DNA of 64,000 nt from Elsinoe ampelina (lineage: Eukaryota): NCBI GenBank assembly GCA_010093995.1, contig ML992504.1, positions 1,164,322-1,228,321 of the forward strand. The letters run 5' to 3'. This document shows positions 35,773 to 51,174 of this stretch, in pieces. The position numbers and the translations under genes are program-made. Position 1 is the first letter of the stretch. The number at the start of each line of letters is the position of its first letter. The notes below the pieces were generated by a model, which was given only the letters and a program-made list of their open reading frames with translations, was not told the origin of the DNA and searched no databases.

Positions 35773-36787
35773 ATGTCACCCCTCCTCCCTCCTCCTCGAG
35801 AGAACCAGACCTATGTATCCGTCTCCGCTCTCATCGGCGGTCACATCACCCTAGCAGACCACTTCTTCGTCTACCCATCCGAGCCAGGCGCCTCCCGCAC
35901 CGTGCCTTCACTCGTCTTCCTCGTCACTCATCCAAACCCGCCAGAGAATGGCGTCTTTGGCAAAAAGAGCAAGCCATACCGTCTCCTCTTCGACCTGGGC
36001 CTGCGCAAAGCCGCAGAACGATACAAGCCCGTGATGCAACAACACCTCCAGAACCGACGACCCTACAAGCTCGGCCCCGGCATCCGCGAGCAGCTAGAAG
36101 AGCACAACCTGCCCGCCGACTCGATAGACGCCGTCATGCTCAGCCACGTGAGTGCCCCCCCTCCCACCCCTCTCTTCCACCCACCACCTAACCCTCTTCC
36201 AGGTCCACTACGACCACCACGGCGACCCCTGTGACTTCCCCACCTCCACCTTCATCATAGGCCACGGCGCCATGTCCGTGCTAAAAGACGGTCTCTCCGG
36301 CGCCGCCTCGCACCAACACTTCGAATCCGACCTCCTGGACGCACACAAGGTCATCGAACTCCCCTCCCCATCCACCTCCCCCGCCACCCCGCAATGGGCC
36401 CCCCTCGGCCCCTTCCCCTCGGCCCTCGACCTCTTCTCCGACTCCAGCGTCTACATCCTCGACGTCCCCGGCCACTTGCCAGGCCACCTGAACCTCCTCT
36501 GCCGCATCTCGCCCACCAAATGGCTTTGCCTCTGCGGCGACGCGTTCCACGACCCGCGCTTGCTGACCGGCGAAAAGGGCATCGGGACGTGGGAGGACGG
36601 CGGCGTGGTGCATTGTATCCACGTGGATAAGGCGACGGCCGAGGAGAGTATTGGACGGCTGAGGGAGTTGCGGAGGGCGGGAGGGGAGGGGGTCGAGGTG
36701 GAGCTTGTGGCGGCGCATGATGAGGTTTGGACGGCTGGGAAGGAGCGCGGGAGTGGAGGGGGGTTGTGGCCTGGGGTTTTGGAGTAG
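35773..36787 (+). CDS. Metallo-beta-lactamase-fold hydrolase (AHL-lactonase/AttM-like)
   Basis: LLFDLG, SH|VHYDHHGD (HxHxDH split by intron 36148-36202), PGHLPGH, GDAFH, AAHD. Confidence 0.9.
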
Positions 36788-37377
36788 GGGGGGAGGGGGG
36801 GGAAGAGAGGGCAAGGACGGAAGGCGGGGGGGAGAAAGGAGGGGGATAGGGAGAGGGGGCAGGGAGATGGACGGTCAGGAGTGGGATACGCAGGTTGGTC
36901 CATGGGAGAATGCGAATGAGAGTGTGTTCTGTGCAAATAGTGCTGGTAGTTTGTCCATGACTTGGAAATTGGTGGACGCGTCCAAGTGAATGCAAGGAGA
37001 TTGTTGTACAGCCTTTGCTCTGTCGACTATTATGTGCCATGCTGTGTCTTATAGCCAACAATCGTGGCGTCGTTGACCTCGAGAGGACATTCGGCAGCAC
37101 CTGCCTGCCATATGCTGCTTCCGCCATGTCAGTGTAGGGCTCACGCAGATAATAGTCTCACGACACAGTCTTCGATCGCCTGAAAACAATCATGCGTCAC
37201 AGACTGCGATTCCTGCTTACATGACAGGTGAATTGATGCCGGAAGTGCATGGGATAATCCATGCTCCAGATGCATTGCCAGAAAGTGCTCCCTACCTGTC
37301 AATGCGCATAGCGCAGACACGCCTAGCTGCCGTCTATTTGGTTTCCAAAACTCACCTTGCCCTTCCACGAAGATGCA

Positions 37378-39782
37378 TCATGATTTTACCTCCGTCTTGT
37401 CCTCAACTACCGTCCCCTTCTCTACCTCGACGGCCTTTGCCAGCTCACCCCCACCCACCTCTGCCTTGTCTTCAACCTCCATCCCCTCCGCCTTCCCTGC
37501 CACCCCTGCCACCCCTGCCACCCCTGTCTCCTCCATCCCTTCCACCTTCTCTCCCTCCTTTCCCTGCCCCTGCTCCACCTCCGTCGCCGGCTTCACCCCC
37601 GCACCCGTCCCCGCGAACAAGGGTCTCAACCCCGTCGACGCCCTTTGCCCCATCGCCGCCCTCGCCCCCGCCACAGCAGCCGCATCATCCCTCGTCACCA
37701 TCACCGGCTTCTCAGCCGCCGCCCGCCCCAACTCACTCGTGACCGGCGTCTTCGCTTCCTGACCACCCTGCGCCCCCTTCCCTCCCCAACCCGCCTTTCG
37801 CTTCTCCGCGGCCCAACTTCCCCAGCTAGACAGGTACGCCCCGGCTCTCGCGCCGGCGGCTTGGACCTGCGCTTGTGCGCCCGTCAGATCTGGTTTCTGA
37901 AACGCATACCCCTTTTGCGCTTGCGTCTGACCTTGACTTTGCGCGGTCGCGGCAGGAGCAGGTGGGTTTGCAGCGCGTTGCTCCTCGGCTTTCTTCCGCT
38001 GGGCTTCACGCATGGCTTCCACGTCGGCCCAGACGCCACCTATGAAGCCACCTATACGTTTCTGGCCTTCTGCGAAGTTCTTGGCTAGTGCTTCCTTGCC
38101 GCCGCGCCAGCGCTCGTCGAGGTGGAGTTCTGCTACTTGAGCGGTGAGGCGGCGCTGGACGTCTTCGATCGTGAGGCCGCCGGCGCAGGGGTGGCGGGGC
38201 TCGATGACGTCGAAGAGGTGCGAGTCTGTGATGCGGTTGAAGAGGGTGTAGTTCTCTGTCGCGGTCCAGGCGGTGATGAAGTCTGCGGAGAATTCGAGGG
38301 CTGGGTCGCCTTCGACGTCGGTGAGGAGGGCTTTGGTATCGTAACTGTGGGTGAAGGCATAGTCGTGGTATTTGATGCTGGAGAGGAGAGCGAGGAGATA
38401 TTCCTCGAATTGCAGGCGGAGGAATTCTTCGCTGCCGGCGTAGCCCATTGTGCTTGGGCGTGAGGGATTTTCAGGGTCCCATGTGTCGTTTACTGATTGT
38501 GTGAGAAAGTCCATCCACCGGCGATCAGCGACGGATAGGGTCAGTGCAGATTTGAGAGTAGTGGAATAGATGGATGTGGTTTGATCATCGAGGTTGACGA
38601 GAACATCTGCATACCGATCTCTCTGTTGCAGTAAGAGGGAGTTGGTACTACCAACCACGTATGACTTTGTGTTTGCATCCGCCAGTGTGTCAAGCTGTTG
38701 TAGAGGAGTGTATGGTCCGAAGAGTGATCCTTTGCCAAAGATCTGTAGTGGTAGACCCATATAGGATAGGAGAGACTGGCGATCAGAAGTCTTGAGCGAA
38801 GATGCTCTTTGCAGATTCGCCCCGTACGTATCCATGCCAGGATCTGCACAGTCCTTCAGAGCTCTCATGAGACCAGGTATGAGCGAAAGTAGTGAGAATT
38901 GAATCATACAAACATCCTCGCAGTGGGTGCCAAAGAACAGCATCTGTGACAGTCAATTGAGCGTCTGTAATCCTCAAGATGTGCATCCTACCTTTGGTTG
39001 TAACAGTAAGCACTTGAACAGTACCAGCGTCTGCCATTTATACGTGTGGACAATCTCTCGCAAGGAGAAGCCCAGAAGATTATCCGACTCTTCGCTGTGA
39101 TCCTCAATACCAGCCGCCAGACTCTGCTGAAACCCCTATAACATATCAGCTTACCCTCATCGCTCTCCTGACCATGGCACTGACCCACCTGTAGAATCTC
39201 GCAGTCCGTAAAATCCCTGTATCGCTATCAGACACCGTGCTCCTCGAGAATATCCTGTCTTGCTCACTTTTGTGCGAACCATGCTCTTGTGACCATGCTC
39301 AACTTCTCCCGTATAGCACTCAGACTCTGCGGACTGTCTGTGATCACCACGACGGCCTTTTGGACCGCGCTCCTCGTAACTTCGGGGGACTTGTTCAGCA
39401 GTTCTGAGGCATCGATCTGTCGTGTACAGCTGATACCGAATAGGGACGTGGGAGGCGTCGACTTCCGAATGAGCGTGAAGTAGGAAAAGTCCTCGGCGGA
39501 CCTGTCGCTGCATGTCAGATGAAGTAGGGCGAAGCAGCAGGGGGGGGGTCGGTGATCGCGTACAAATGAGCTCCATCGGAGAGGGCGAGGAAGGGGAGCA
39601 GACCCCAATCATTCTCTTCTGCAGGATCGGTGCCTTCTGCTACTCCGTACCATTTCTCGACTTCTGGTCCCCTGAAAGCGTGTCAATTGGATCCGTCGCA
39701 TAGCAGAGTCGCGGGGACCGTACCGTGCGTGGTGGAAGTCGACCACGCTCACAATGGGCGTAAAGGAAGAGGGGGCGGTCAT
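37378..39782 (-). CDS. AVL9: Late secretory pathway protein Avl9 (DENN-like)
   Basis: VVDFHHARG, SLFGISCTRQI, RSAVQKAVVV, FGPYTPLQQ, GSEEFLRLQFEEYL; multiple introns. Confidence 0.9.
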
Positions 39783-40383
39783 GTCTGAGCAATCGTGAAC
39801 TACATGTGTGGTAGCTGTAGTGTTTCCTCGATTCCCCCCAGCTCTGCTATAATTGTCCCAAGAACTGGTGACGTGGTGTCACATGCAAGGTCAGACGGCA
39901 GAGGTGGGAGTTGGTCAAAAGTTACAGGGTCGGTTGTTGGGCGCTTCAGGGTCAACTCCCGCCAAACAACATCCATATGCAGTGGACAAGTAGATCATTT
40001 CTCTTCGGGGACACTCTTGTGTTGCTTCGGGTCCCTACCATCTATTCAAGCATCTCATTCGCAGGCTATTTGAAGCAAAGTGTGCAGCAGTAGCTCAGCC
40101 AGTATTGGTGAAATCACCACTTTGTGCCACATTCACACCCCTCCTCTGTCACCTCCGCTCAATTCCCTCAAAAGCTCATGTATGTATCGTGAATCCCCTG
40201 CAAAAAGAGAAGCCTGCTGGGCTCGTGGTGTTGGCGACACAGCGCACGATGGCATATCTTCTGTGGCCGCGGCCAAATTTCGTGAAAAAAGAGAACCCCT
40301 TGTCTTTGACGTTACTTGCGCCATATCGCTCCATAGGACTATATGACCCCAGAATGCAATCGTCTGTCTGTCCAATCTTGCGC

Positions 40384-41803
<1,420 letters not shown>

Positions 41804-43390
41804 TTTGATGTGTGTTGATCAAAAACAAGTTTGTGTTGTCTGTAGATGCTGTAGAGATGTCTGGAAGACTGTGTATCGGAGTGCGCGACAACTGGTGGTC
41901 GGGATGAGGTGGTCCGTGATGATTTGCGGTTATGCGGTTACACTGGGGATGCAGAAACGTCGGTCGCCGCGCGGAGCTTCTAGAGCGCCTAGCAAGTGAT
42001 TGATTGCGAAGGTAGGAATTGGTGTTGTGAGAAGCCTGGATTGGCGGGGAAGACCTGAGACCGGAGTGATGTCTGAGGACAAAGCCTGGGTTTTGCTGGG
42101 TCGTCCTTTTCCTGTCCGTCACAGTGGAGTCGCCGTGTACTAAGCTATCGTCTCGTTTCCAATGGGCGAATGTGGCGGGCGCTGCAGATCGCTGAGGCTT
42201 GTCGGCGGAGGCGGCTCAAACTCCCCTGCTTGGTGCTTTTGGGATATGCAAGGATCAAGTCCGAATAACTTCCGTGGTCGTTGCGCTGGCAAGGATTGTA
42301 TCGCACAAGTGTTGGCTCGAGGAGAAAGGAAGAGAAGAAGAGCTTTGGAGACTTATTGGGAGACGAGACAAGCCCTCGGTCGTCACGTTCAGGTTGGTCG
42401 GGTCTTCGTCCACGATTCCACGCTTTTCACGCATCGATCTCGATCTCGTCCAGCACGCACAAGCCACAACTGCCAATCACAGTAAGGTCCTTTTTCGAAA
42501 ATCAAGACACGAGCTCAAACACGGCAAATAAAAGAACAACAAATCTCTGTCCACCGCCTAGATGGCATTCCCGTGATCTACCCACGAGCTACCCTTGTAC
42601 CGCGGGTCAGAAGAGGCGGTGGGATGAATGATGTTCAGGCACATGTCACTTCACCCAACCCCTCCATACATGAAGACAATAATGTCCTTGCTGTTCTCAA
42701 CCTTGCGACAGACTATATATGATCCTGGCATAGATCCTAGATCTCTCTGGGCCTTCTGTACCCACACGTTTGCTAGGAATACCTCACTTGTTCATCACCC
42801 CAAGCAGTTGTCGAGTTGGGTAAGCTGGAGTTACATTTGGCCTGAAAACATGATGACGTATAATCGATATTAACGGACAAACGCCGACCGACAAAACTCT
42901 GACGTGCCATGCGACGGGTCAACGCCCAAACGCATCTGGCAATCGCAGCACAACTTGGAAGCGATATCGCTTTGCTGGTCGGACAGATGGTTTCGCAAGG
43001 ACATGCAAAGCATATGTCGAGCGCTGGTGTCGTCGATGCAAGAACCCGGAGATCTGGTTTGCACCGCCGCATGTGCCTGTCAGGCGGTCCACTCGTTTCC
43101 GAATACGGTCGGTTAGATGCGAAATGATCATTATTGCTTAGCCTCATGTTATGGCCGTGCATCTGGGTTGTTTACATGATTACATCTTGTTTCACGTGCT
43201 TGTATACCTCTAGAAGGACTGGTACTTGATCAGGCAGCCTCCTCCTTGATTCTCATCTTGTTTGTCCTCTCGATCGAGGTTTTAGGTGCAATGGCTCATC
43301 CTCCATGCGTCCCGTACCGTTGGCAACTTAAATCAAATCGCTCGGGCAATTCTCTTCCTCGGATCAATCGCCAAAACCTTCTCTGCCGGA

Positions 43391-44465
43391 TCATGTCATG
43401 ATAATGCCGCCATCTGTAGCAAAAGTTAGTGTTTGCTCACAAACTTCCGCTCGATCATGACGCTACTCACCGACAACGAGAGTTTGTCCAGTGATAAAGT
43501 CACTGTCTCTGCTCGCCATGAAGCTGATGAGCTTGGATACGTCTTCTGGCACGCTGACTCTTCCGAGTGCTGTAAGCTCTTCGGTATACTTTTTGATCAT
43601 GTCACCCTTCTTAGCACCTTTCTTCTTGGCCAATTCGGAGTCAATCAACTCCCACATCGCCGTTCCGACGATCCCCGGAGCGTAAGCATTGACGGTGATG
43701 TTGTGTTCGCTCATTTCCATAGCATAGGCTTGAGTCAGCCCTCGGACGGCCCATTTCGAGGCCGAGTAGTGGGAGAGCAAAGCAAATGGCTTGAATGCGA
43801 CAATCGATGCAGCTCCCATGATCTTCGCAGGATTATCCTTCTTCGCAGTGCCTTGAGAGATGATCTGCTTTGCTGCGGCAGAATAGCAATTCTGGACACC
43901 AAAGACCTGCCAGAGAGTTAGTAAAACCACTTCAACTCCTGAGGTTTAGATCCCGGTACATTGACCCGGAACATCCTCTCAAAGTCTTCGGTAGTCAAGT
44001 CGAGGAGCGCCTTGACTTGTGCAATTCCAGCGTTTGCTACCCTACTCACGGTCAGCTCTGAAGGCGACATCTACTTGTGGACGAACATGGTATCGAGTGG
44101 ACCAAGCTCCTTCACGCTTGTCTGTATCATGTCTTGGACCTGGGACAGATCCGATACATCGGCAATGGCTGTACAAGACTTTCGTCCGATCGACTTGACT
44201 TCCTTTGCTACTTCACTGGCGCCAGTCTCGTTTGCAGGGATGTCGTTGATGCAGACGTCGTACCCATCCTGAGCCAGACGGATGGCGATGGATTTGCCAC
44301 TAGCAGCTATCAGTGATTGCACATGCTTGACAGCTCGTGCTCTACTGACATGCCTCGAGCTGATCCAGTGACTATGGCAGTCTTTCGTATCACAACACTA
44401 GCCGAAAACGCGCGAGATCCGGCTACCACAGCCTTAGGAGAGCGTGTCCGGACTAAGAACGACAT
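43391..44465 (-). CDS. Short-chain dehydrogenase/reductase (acetoin/diacetyl reductase-like)
   Basis: TGSARG.GK, NAGIAQV, YSASKWAVRG, NAYAPGIVGT, TGQTLVVDGG; basic/hydroxylated N-terminal extension. Confidence 0.9.
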
Positions 44466-44873
44466 AGTGAAACAGATACGCTTGATTGATATAATTGAGC
44501 AGAATTGACAGTCGTACTTACACCACGAAGAATCGCACACGGGTCTACATGACAGAGGCAGTGAAAGGCCCGCGCTACCAACCCTGTTCTTTGCCAGTGA
44601 TCCCCGGCCTCACGGAAACAAGCCGTCAAGACATGCAACAAACTCCATTGATGCACGAAAGTGAGGGGTTGCGGAGCAGTGAATGCTTCGAAGCTCTCCA
44701 TGATGCGGGGAAGCAACCACCGATCGAGGAAGGTTCGCCGGTATTTGCCCCGAAGCAGAAATAGTGCCGAGCTAATTGGCTGCAGCTCCGGAGACGCGTC
44801 CGACCGCGTTACTTTGCGATTTATTCCCGACTGCACACACTGACGAGTCGTCCTGGAAAGGTGTATCGCGAAC

Positions 44874-46212
44874 ATGTCTAGGCTCAGTGTAGCACCCAAG
44901 CGAGGACCGAGCCTCGTGGAAGAGCTCGAGCAGCTGGAGCAGAGTATCACACTGACGCTACAAGGTCAGACCAGAGTTGTACCAATCCATACACAAACTG
45001 ACAATGCACAGAGATTGACCACAACTTTAGCAAAGCACATCGCATAGTCACATCAAGCATCATCCCGATTGTCGAGTCCTATGCCCAACACTCGCAGAAT
45101 GTCTGGGAAGGCTCAAAAGTACCTCACTACTCACGAGACACGCTTGAAGCGAGCGCTGATGCTTTCAGTTCTGGAAACAATTCTTCGAGGCCTCGGCCAA
45201 TGTATCGTTGTCAGGATATGAAGAGCCTGCAGCGGATGAGGAGACAACTTATGCTTCCGAGAGCATCCAAGACTCCTCCTTGCAGACTCCACCGACTCGG
45301 ACTTTCAATGACGAGGATGAGGAGGTGACACCTGGCCAAGGGGATATCACGGATGAGCAGGAATCGTCTCTCTTGAGCTCGCCATCGAATACCACTGGAG
45401 TCATGAGCACTCCAAAGATTGCCAGTTCTGCAAGCAGGTCGAGAAAGACGCCACCGGCTTCTAGATCCCGCGCTACAAGACTTCCGACTCGCTCTCGACA
45501 GCCGTCAGAAGAGCCTAGCACACCTCGGCCACAGACATACAGCGATCAGATTCCTTCTTCTTCCCCATTCGCGCCACCTTCTGCACTGCAGCCCTCTACT
45601 GCGCAAAGGCAGAATCACGATCCTCTTCTTCACCGCGTGCTGGACAAGACATATCGCATTCAAGCCACACCTCACGGTACAGCCCGTAAGGTTAGAACGA
45701 AGCCTCCCCCAAAACCTGAAACACCATTGACCGCGACCCGTTCGATGGCGTTTGACTCCTCACCAGCCTCATCCCCTGCCATGCCAGCCCCTCAGCTTCG
45801 CTCAGAGCTATTCTCCCCCGCACCTCCTTCTACAAAGAAGTACCCAAGGCTGCCTCGCACCCCCGGCGTTCCTATCGCCTCGCCAGAGCCTCGCCTGACA
45901 AGCACCGGTCGGCCTGTCTCCCGGCAGCCCGCTAATCCTCAAGACATCACCCAACGCACTCCAGCCCTGTGGGACAGCGACGATGAAGACGATACGGGCG
46001 CATTCGACATGAGCCCGCCCAAGACCATGCAATTCGTCGTTCCAACAAGTCGACTGATGCAGACGCCTGCACGAGAAGCGAGCCGAAGGATTGTAGCCGA
46101 TCTCCTCTCTGAAGCCGGGGCACAGGACACGGACGAAATTGAATTCGACGATGATGTGGAGCCACCCAGCCCTACGGTTGTGAGGGCTTTGGACGATGAT
46201 AGCACGTTTTAA
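44874..46212 (+). CDS. ASK1: DASH/Dam1 complex subunit Ask1
   Basis: EELEQLEQSITLTLQ|EIDHNFSKAHRIVTSSIIP, FWKQFFEASANVSLSGYE, MSPPKTMQF. Confidence 0.92.
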
Positions 46213-46531
46213 ATAGAGAATATATTGTACAGAATTGTATCTAGACTATCATCGTCTCTCCCCCCTTGAATTTGTCGGACGCGCATTCATCCTTGCAACC
46301 TGCTAATATGCTAATGTGAAAGACGCACAACCCGCTATGCAGAATCCAAACTTCGGAAAAGGGCATCCATGTCCCATGACGCCTTTGCTATAAGTGTAAT
46401 CCTTGAATCCTCGCCATGACGCCCTTCCATGCCTCCTCGCCTACCCCCTGCCCGTTGCCGTTCTTCTCTTCCGTGACCACTGCTGGAACATCTCTGGTCA
46501 CGGAACAATCTCCCCTGCCATCCCTGCTTGA

Positions 46532-47682
46532 TCAAGTGTAGTAAAGCACACAAGGCGCACAGGTCAACCAAGGATTAGGGAAGATCTCGATCTGGCGTCT
46601 CTCGGGGGACGCCGCTGCTGGGTAAGGTGGGAGCTCGAAGAGAGGAGGAGCGGAGGTGGCGCGCTGAGGGGTTGGTACGGCGGTGGAGAAGGAGGGGAGG
46701 GTGGTGAGGTCGATGGAGGAGGGGGTGGCGGGTTCGGTGGAGGGGAGGGCTGTGAGGCTGGTGATGGGGTCGAGGGAGGTCGCTGGGGAGGGGGCGGTGG
46801 AGGGGTTGGTGGATGCGTTGGTGGAGGGGCCGGTGGTGGTCATGGAGGAGGCGGTGGCGCTACTGGTGTGCTGGGGGGAGGTCTCAGGGCTGGCGGTGGA
46901 GAAGGGGTCGAGAGCTGTGCTTGCTTGGGCGCTGTCGAGCATGCCGGAGTGGTTGGGGCTCTCGCTGTTGGCGATGCTGCTGGCTTCTGCCTTGTCGTTC
47001 GCCATGGGCTTGACACTGTCCTTGCTGATGTGCTTGGTTGTTTCATCCCCGCCATGTTGAGTGTTGGCTGCTTCTTCGACTCCACTGTTGCTGTTGACGT
47101 TGTGCTCGTCGGCGAACGCTGCTGGGTGCTTGTCATCGTGCATTGATTCAGCCTGCTTCTCTGCTCCAGCGCTGCTGTTCTCGTCGACTTCATGCTCGGA
47201 CGAGCCACCATGCTGATCGTCATCAGAGTCTTCGAACCTCAAGAAGTCCGCATTGTTGTCCCATGGACTCGCACCTCCCCTCGTATCCAACGCCTCACCA
47301 CCACATAGCTCTGCGCGTCCATCTCTCACCATCCCGAGCAGACTCTGTGCCCCAGCGGACGCGTGATTCGCCGCCCTGCCTCCCCTCAAGCGATCACGGT
47401 GGAAGTTGATCGTGATCCTACCATCTCTGACCCATCTACCGCGAAGGCTCTGCACGGCGCGTGCGGCTTCCTGAGGGGAGTCAAGGGTCACAAAGACATA
47501 CTTCGAATCACTCTGAGGATACCGAAGCTTATGCTGAGAGATATCTCTACTAAGACAGTGTCAGTAACCCCGATCCTGATAGCTTCTTTGGGGAGGTTTA
47601 CACCTCTGAAGAGGTCGACGACGTCGCGGTTGTCAGCCTCGAGGACAAGACCTCCAACGAACACGACGGGGCTGAGATGCAT
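46532..47682 (-). CDS. RRM-domain protein with low-complexity tail (tandem family, copy 1)
   Basis: RNP2 VFVGGL, RNP1 KYVFVTL...AARAVQSLRG..VRDGRITINF; joining needs an intron around 47600-47535 (boundaries uncertain). Confidence 0.6.
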
Positions 47683-48821
47683 CCTGACGTTGTCGCAAAA
47701 ATGATGCGCGAGTGGCGAATAGTGCTGGTACGCTTGCGCAACTCGCACGTTGATGCTACCAGACGTTTGACGTGGTGATGTGTTTTGTGAGTGTGTATGA
47801 AGATTCTGCAAGGTGACATGATCGGTCTCGATGATAATTTGATGTGGCTGGTCAAAAATTTCTACTGTGCATCGAAGCTGACATGTGACAGTGACCCCGA
47901 AGTGACGCCAATATGGACAAAAAGTGCAAAAATTCTCAGTAGGTGCTTCTCTGCTGAGAATCGAACTCATCTGCATTGCCGGAGGAGCAAGGCTCCGATG
48001 CTGCGACAATTTACGATTGGTTCATTGGGGGTGGTAGTCATTATCGTAGTCTCTAGAGGTCGCAACATGACGCTTTCGCGACATTTGCGGCTTGAGGGGC
48101 ACGCTACATAGGGTCTACCACCTGAGCTAACCTGTCAGTCGCCTAAGAATTTCATATGCTTCTGGATATTATATAGTCACCTTTCATTTTGTTGTACTTG
48201 TCCCCACTGCCAATTTCCACATGCCACCTCTTCCCAAAGCATTCCATCACATGCTATCGATCACATCTTTACTTGCAAACATCTGTGTGTTCAATCACAC
48301 TTCATCTTGAGAAGCCGAAGAGAGGATACTTTACTTCTTTGTCGTAGAACATCACTTTCACATTCACTTTGACCTGTTCGAATGAAGGTTTATCACGGTC
48401 GCTCGTGGGCCGGGTGTTTCACATATTCTTCAATCACACACTTTCGACCACACCGGATTCCGGCTCGTGAACATATTTGCGTGGAGTTCACACCGATTGT
48501 CAAGGTTGTGATGTCGACAAAGGATAGACCAAGATGAAGTTTGCAAGGCGTGAGGTTGGCCCAAGGGCCCCACCCTTGGCGGTGCAGGGGTCAACCTCAA
48601 CTTCAGTCGGCAGACGTCGACTTCTCTTCCAACAACATGACATCAAATATTCCCGCCTAATCAAGCAGGGATCACTAATGCTTCGTGTACATTGTGTTTG
48701 TGGTTTGTGTCGTTTTGGATAAAGGACAAGTGCATTTCATTTTTATGTGAAGGGTATCTTTCCCGCTCCCGAAGCCGCGCATTTGTCCTCTCTCCCAAAG
48801 CAGCTGGAGCCTCTCCACTGA

Positions 48822-49889
48822 TCATACAAGGTTAGCTTTCCTCTCCATTCTTCTCCTGCAAGCTTGTGCTGTCCTCTGCTGCTCCGAAGCAAGGTTGAAC
48901 CTGTCCGCGATCGTCTCCCATGCACCACCTCTATCGAGTGTATCAACGACACAGCGAAGCAGCATCTCGTCATCCGCTGCTGTCCAATCGTACGGCTCTG
49001 TCGATGCTGGCCACCAAGCAGGTGTTAACGTCGGATCCTCCGCTCCTGCCATGTCCACTGATATGTCGAAGGGCACATGATGCGCCTGCTGCTGACTTGC
49101 TGATGCCGAAGGAGCCTGTACGGTGGCGGTGGAGAGGCCGGCGTTGGTGGCGTCGTCGGCAGCGTGGTCGGATGGAGCATCGACTGGCGAGGTGACCTGG
49201 TCACTTGGCTGGTAGGACGCTGGGTAGGACGCTGGTCGTGGAGTGGGGCTGTCCGCGACCGAGGCTTGTGCGTCGGCGTGGATCTTGGTGCCAGCCACTG
49301 CGCTATTTTTGACGCTGCCCTCATCGCGATCGTCGGTCCTGGTAGTATTTGAGGAAGCTGTCTCAGTCTCTGCACCCGGCTTCGTGTTATGCTCGTTGGT
49401 AGTCTGGTGTCCGACCCGTTCGTTGTCCGACTGCTCAACCATTGGTGCACCCAAGGTGTCGGCAGCTGCGTGTTGAGCTGGCGTGGTTGCCAGAGTGATA
49501 GTACCAGAAGTCTCGACAGCAGACGATTGAGCCGCTCCAGTAGGGCGTATAGTGGCCTCGCTGGCTGGTGTAGTAGGTATTGCGACAGGAGTGTGAGGTG
49601 CCTGGATCGCTGGTCGTGCATCTCGAGGTGGCTGGTCGCGAGGTGAAGTCGAGATTTTCACTCGGATGCGCTGTTTGAAGAATTCTTTGTTATTCAAAGA
49701 ACGTACCGCTCGACTTGCGTGTGCATGGCTCGCCAATTGGACAAATGCGTACTTGCTTCTCTTGCCATGAGAAAGTCCAGGTGTAAAGACCTTCTTGACC
49801 AGGTGCTTCTCAAAGAAGATCTCCAAATCTCTGGCGGTTGCGTTCAAAGGGAGGTTGCTGACCCAAACAACATCGGTCAAAGGCTTCAT
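48822..49889 (-). CDS. RRM + C-terminal Myb/SANT-like protein (tandem family, copy 2)
   Basis: VWVSNLP...KYAFVQL...ASRAVRSLNNKEFFKQRIRVKI; C-terminal WTAADDEMLL...WETIADRF.....RTAQACRRR. Confidence 0.75.
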   Translation of the reverse strand: MKPLTDVVWVSNLPLNATARDLEIFFEKHLVKKVFTPGLSHGKRSKYAFVQLASHAHASRAVRSLNNKEFFKQRIRVKISTSPRDQPPRDARPAIQAPHTPVAIPTTPASEATIRPTGAAQSSAVETSGTITLATTPAQHAAADTLGAPMVEQSDNERVGHQTTNEHNTKPGAETETASSNTTRTDDRDEGSVKNSAVAGTKIHADAQASVADSPTPRPASYPASYQPSDQVTSPVDAPSDHAADDATNAGLSTATVQAPSASASQQQAHHVPFDISVDMAGAEDPTLTPAWWPASTEPYDWTAADDEMLLRCVVDTLDRGGAWETIADRFNLASEQQRTAQACRRRMERKANLV

Positions 49890-51174
49890 GGTGTGAGTTC
49901 TGTCAAGAATGTGCTGGATGATGTGTTGTCCTCGTGCTGGACTGTGGAAACAAAATGAGGGTGGTCGTCGAACAAAAAGTGCAAAAAGATATTGAGCATT
50001 GTGAATGTCACATGTCAGGTCGTGTGCAGAAGGTGGATGCAAGTGTTTCATCGAGCCTGACTTGATGTGGTGGAAAATTACAGAGGCTGCTTGAGATATG
50101 GTGAAACGAACATGTGACGGTCAGGTCGAACAAAGTGCAAAAAGTTCAGACACAGGTGCTCTCTGTGCTTATGAAACTCGGCCGGGACGCGAGGACTTTG
50201 GTTCGAATTGAACCGTGGTCTTTGCAATGAGGTTGGCTTGGTTTCGAGGAGGTGTAACGCCATACAAGCAGAGGTCACGTCTTTGCACCGGACTTGTTTA
50301 GCACTGCTAGCGAGACCACCCGACCAGACGCCCGGAGGCGACTGATGACAATCGGTCCCACCGACAATTAATATATACCTTGCACCTTTTGGTTCCACTC
50401 CCACATGGAAAATTCCACCTTGCCGTCGCCTCCATCTCTGCTATAACATCACTTTCACGCAACAGACCAAGTAACGGGAGTATAGAGGGAGCGAGCTCCA
50501 ATGCTGCGACAACTGAGCTTCTAGATATCATATAGCCACCTCTATGTTGATTATCCTTGCACACGTTGTCGGCTTTGACGCGGCGTGTCTATGATTTTTC
50601 ATATGTCGCTCCACGTACCATGTCTATGTCCGTGAATCTGTCCTCCAATATTGATTAGATGAGGTACTGAAATGATACTTTCCCTTCATGTGTCATTTGT
50701 CACATCCAGTGTCACAATCAAACAAGGCAAGCACTGGCCGACCTTCAAGGCACCAGATTTCGTGCGACATAGCCAGACACATCACGGGCTTCGGCGCTTC
50801 CATCTCGTGAAACCAGCAAGATCTTGCTGCATATAGGTGGACTGATGCTGACAGGGTGCGAGGCTTGAAGGAGAGATACAGACGGGATTCAAGTTTTCGT
50901 GAAATGAGGTCGGCACGGTCGGCCAGAGCCTCTTGGCATGCAGGGTCAGGGGTCCACTCTGTACTTCAGCCTATGCTGTATCTTGAGGTCTTGCAGTCTT
51001 TGCATACGCGATTCGCAAAACGACATATGGGATTGTTCATGGCTCACACGCAAATTTGCTCCCCTAGTCCGCGAGACTACATGGCCTGGTCTCAACCATG
51101 TGTCTGCCCGTCATTGTCCAACTATGACTCCTTACTGACCAAGTCACACTCCAAGGTACGGACACTCCATTCTG

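Noticed and set aside
42130..43380. Short ORFs upstream of HOG1
   Set aside because: No recognisable motifs or coding bias; more likely promoter/UTR sequence.
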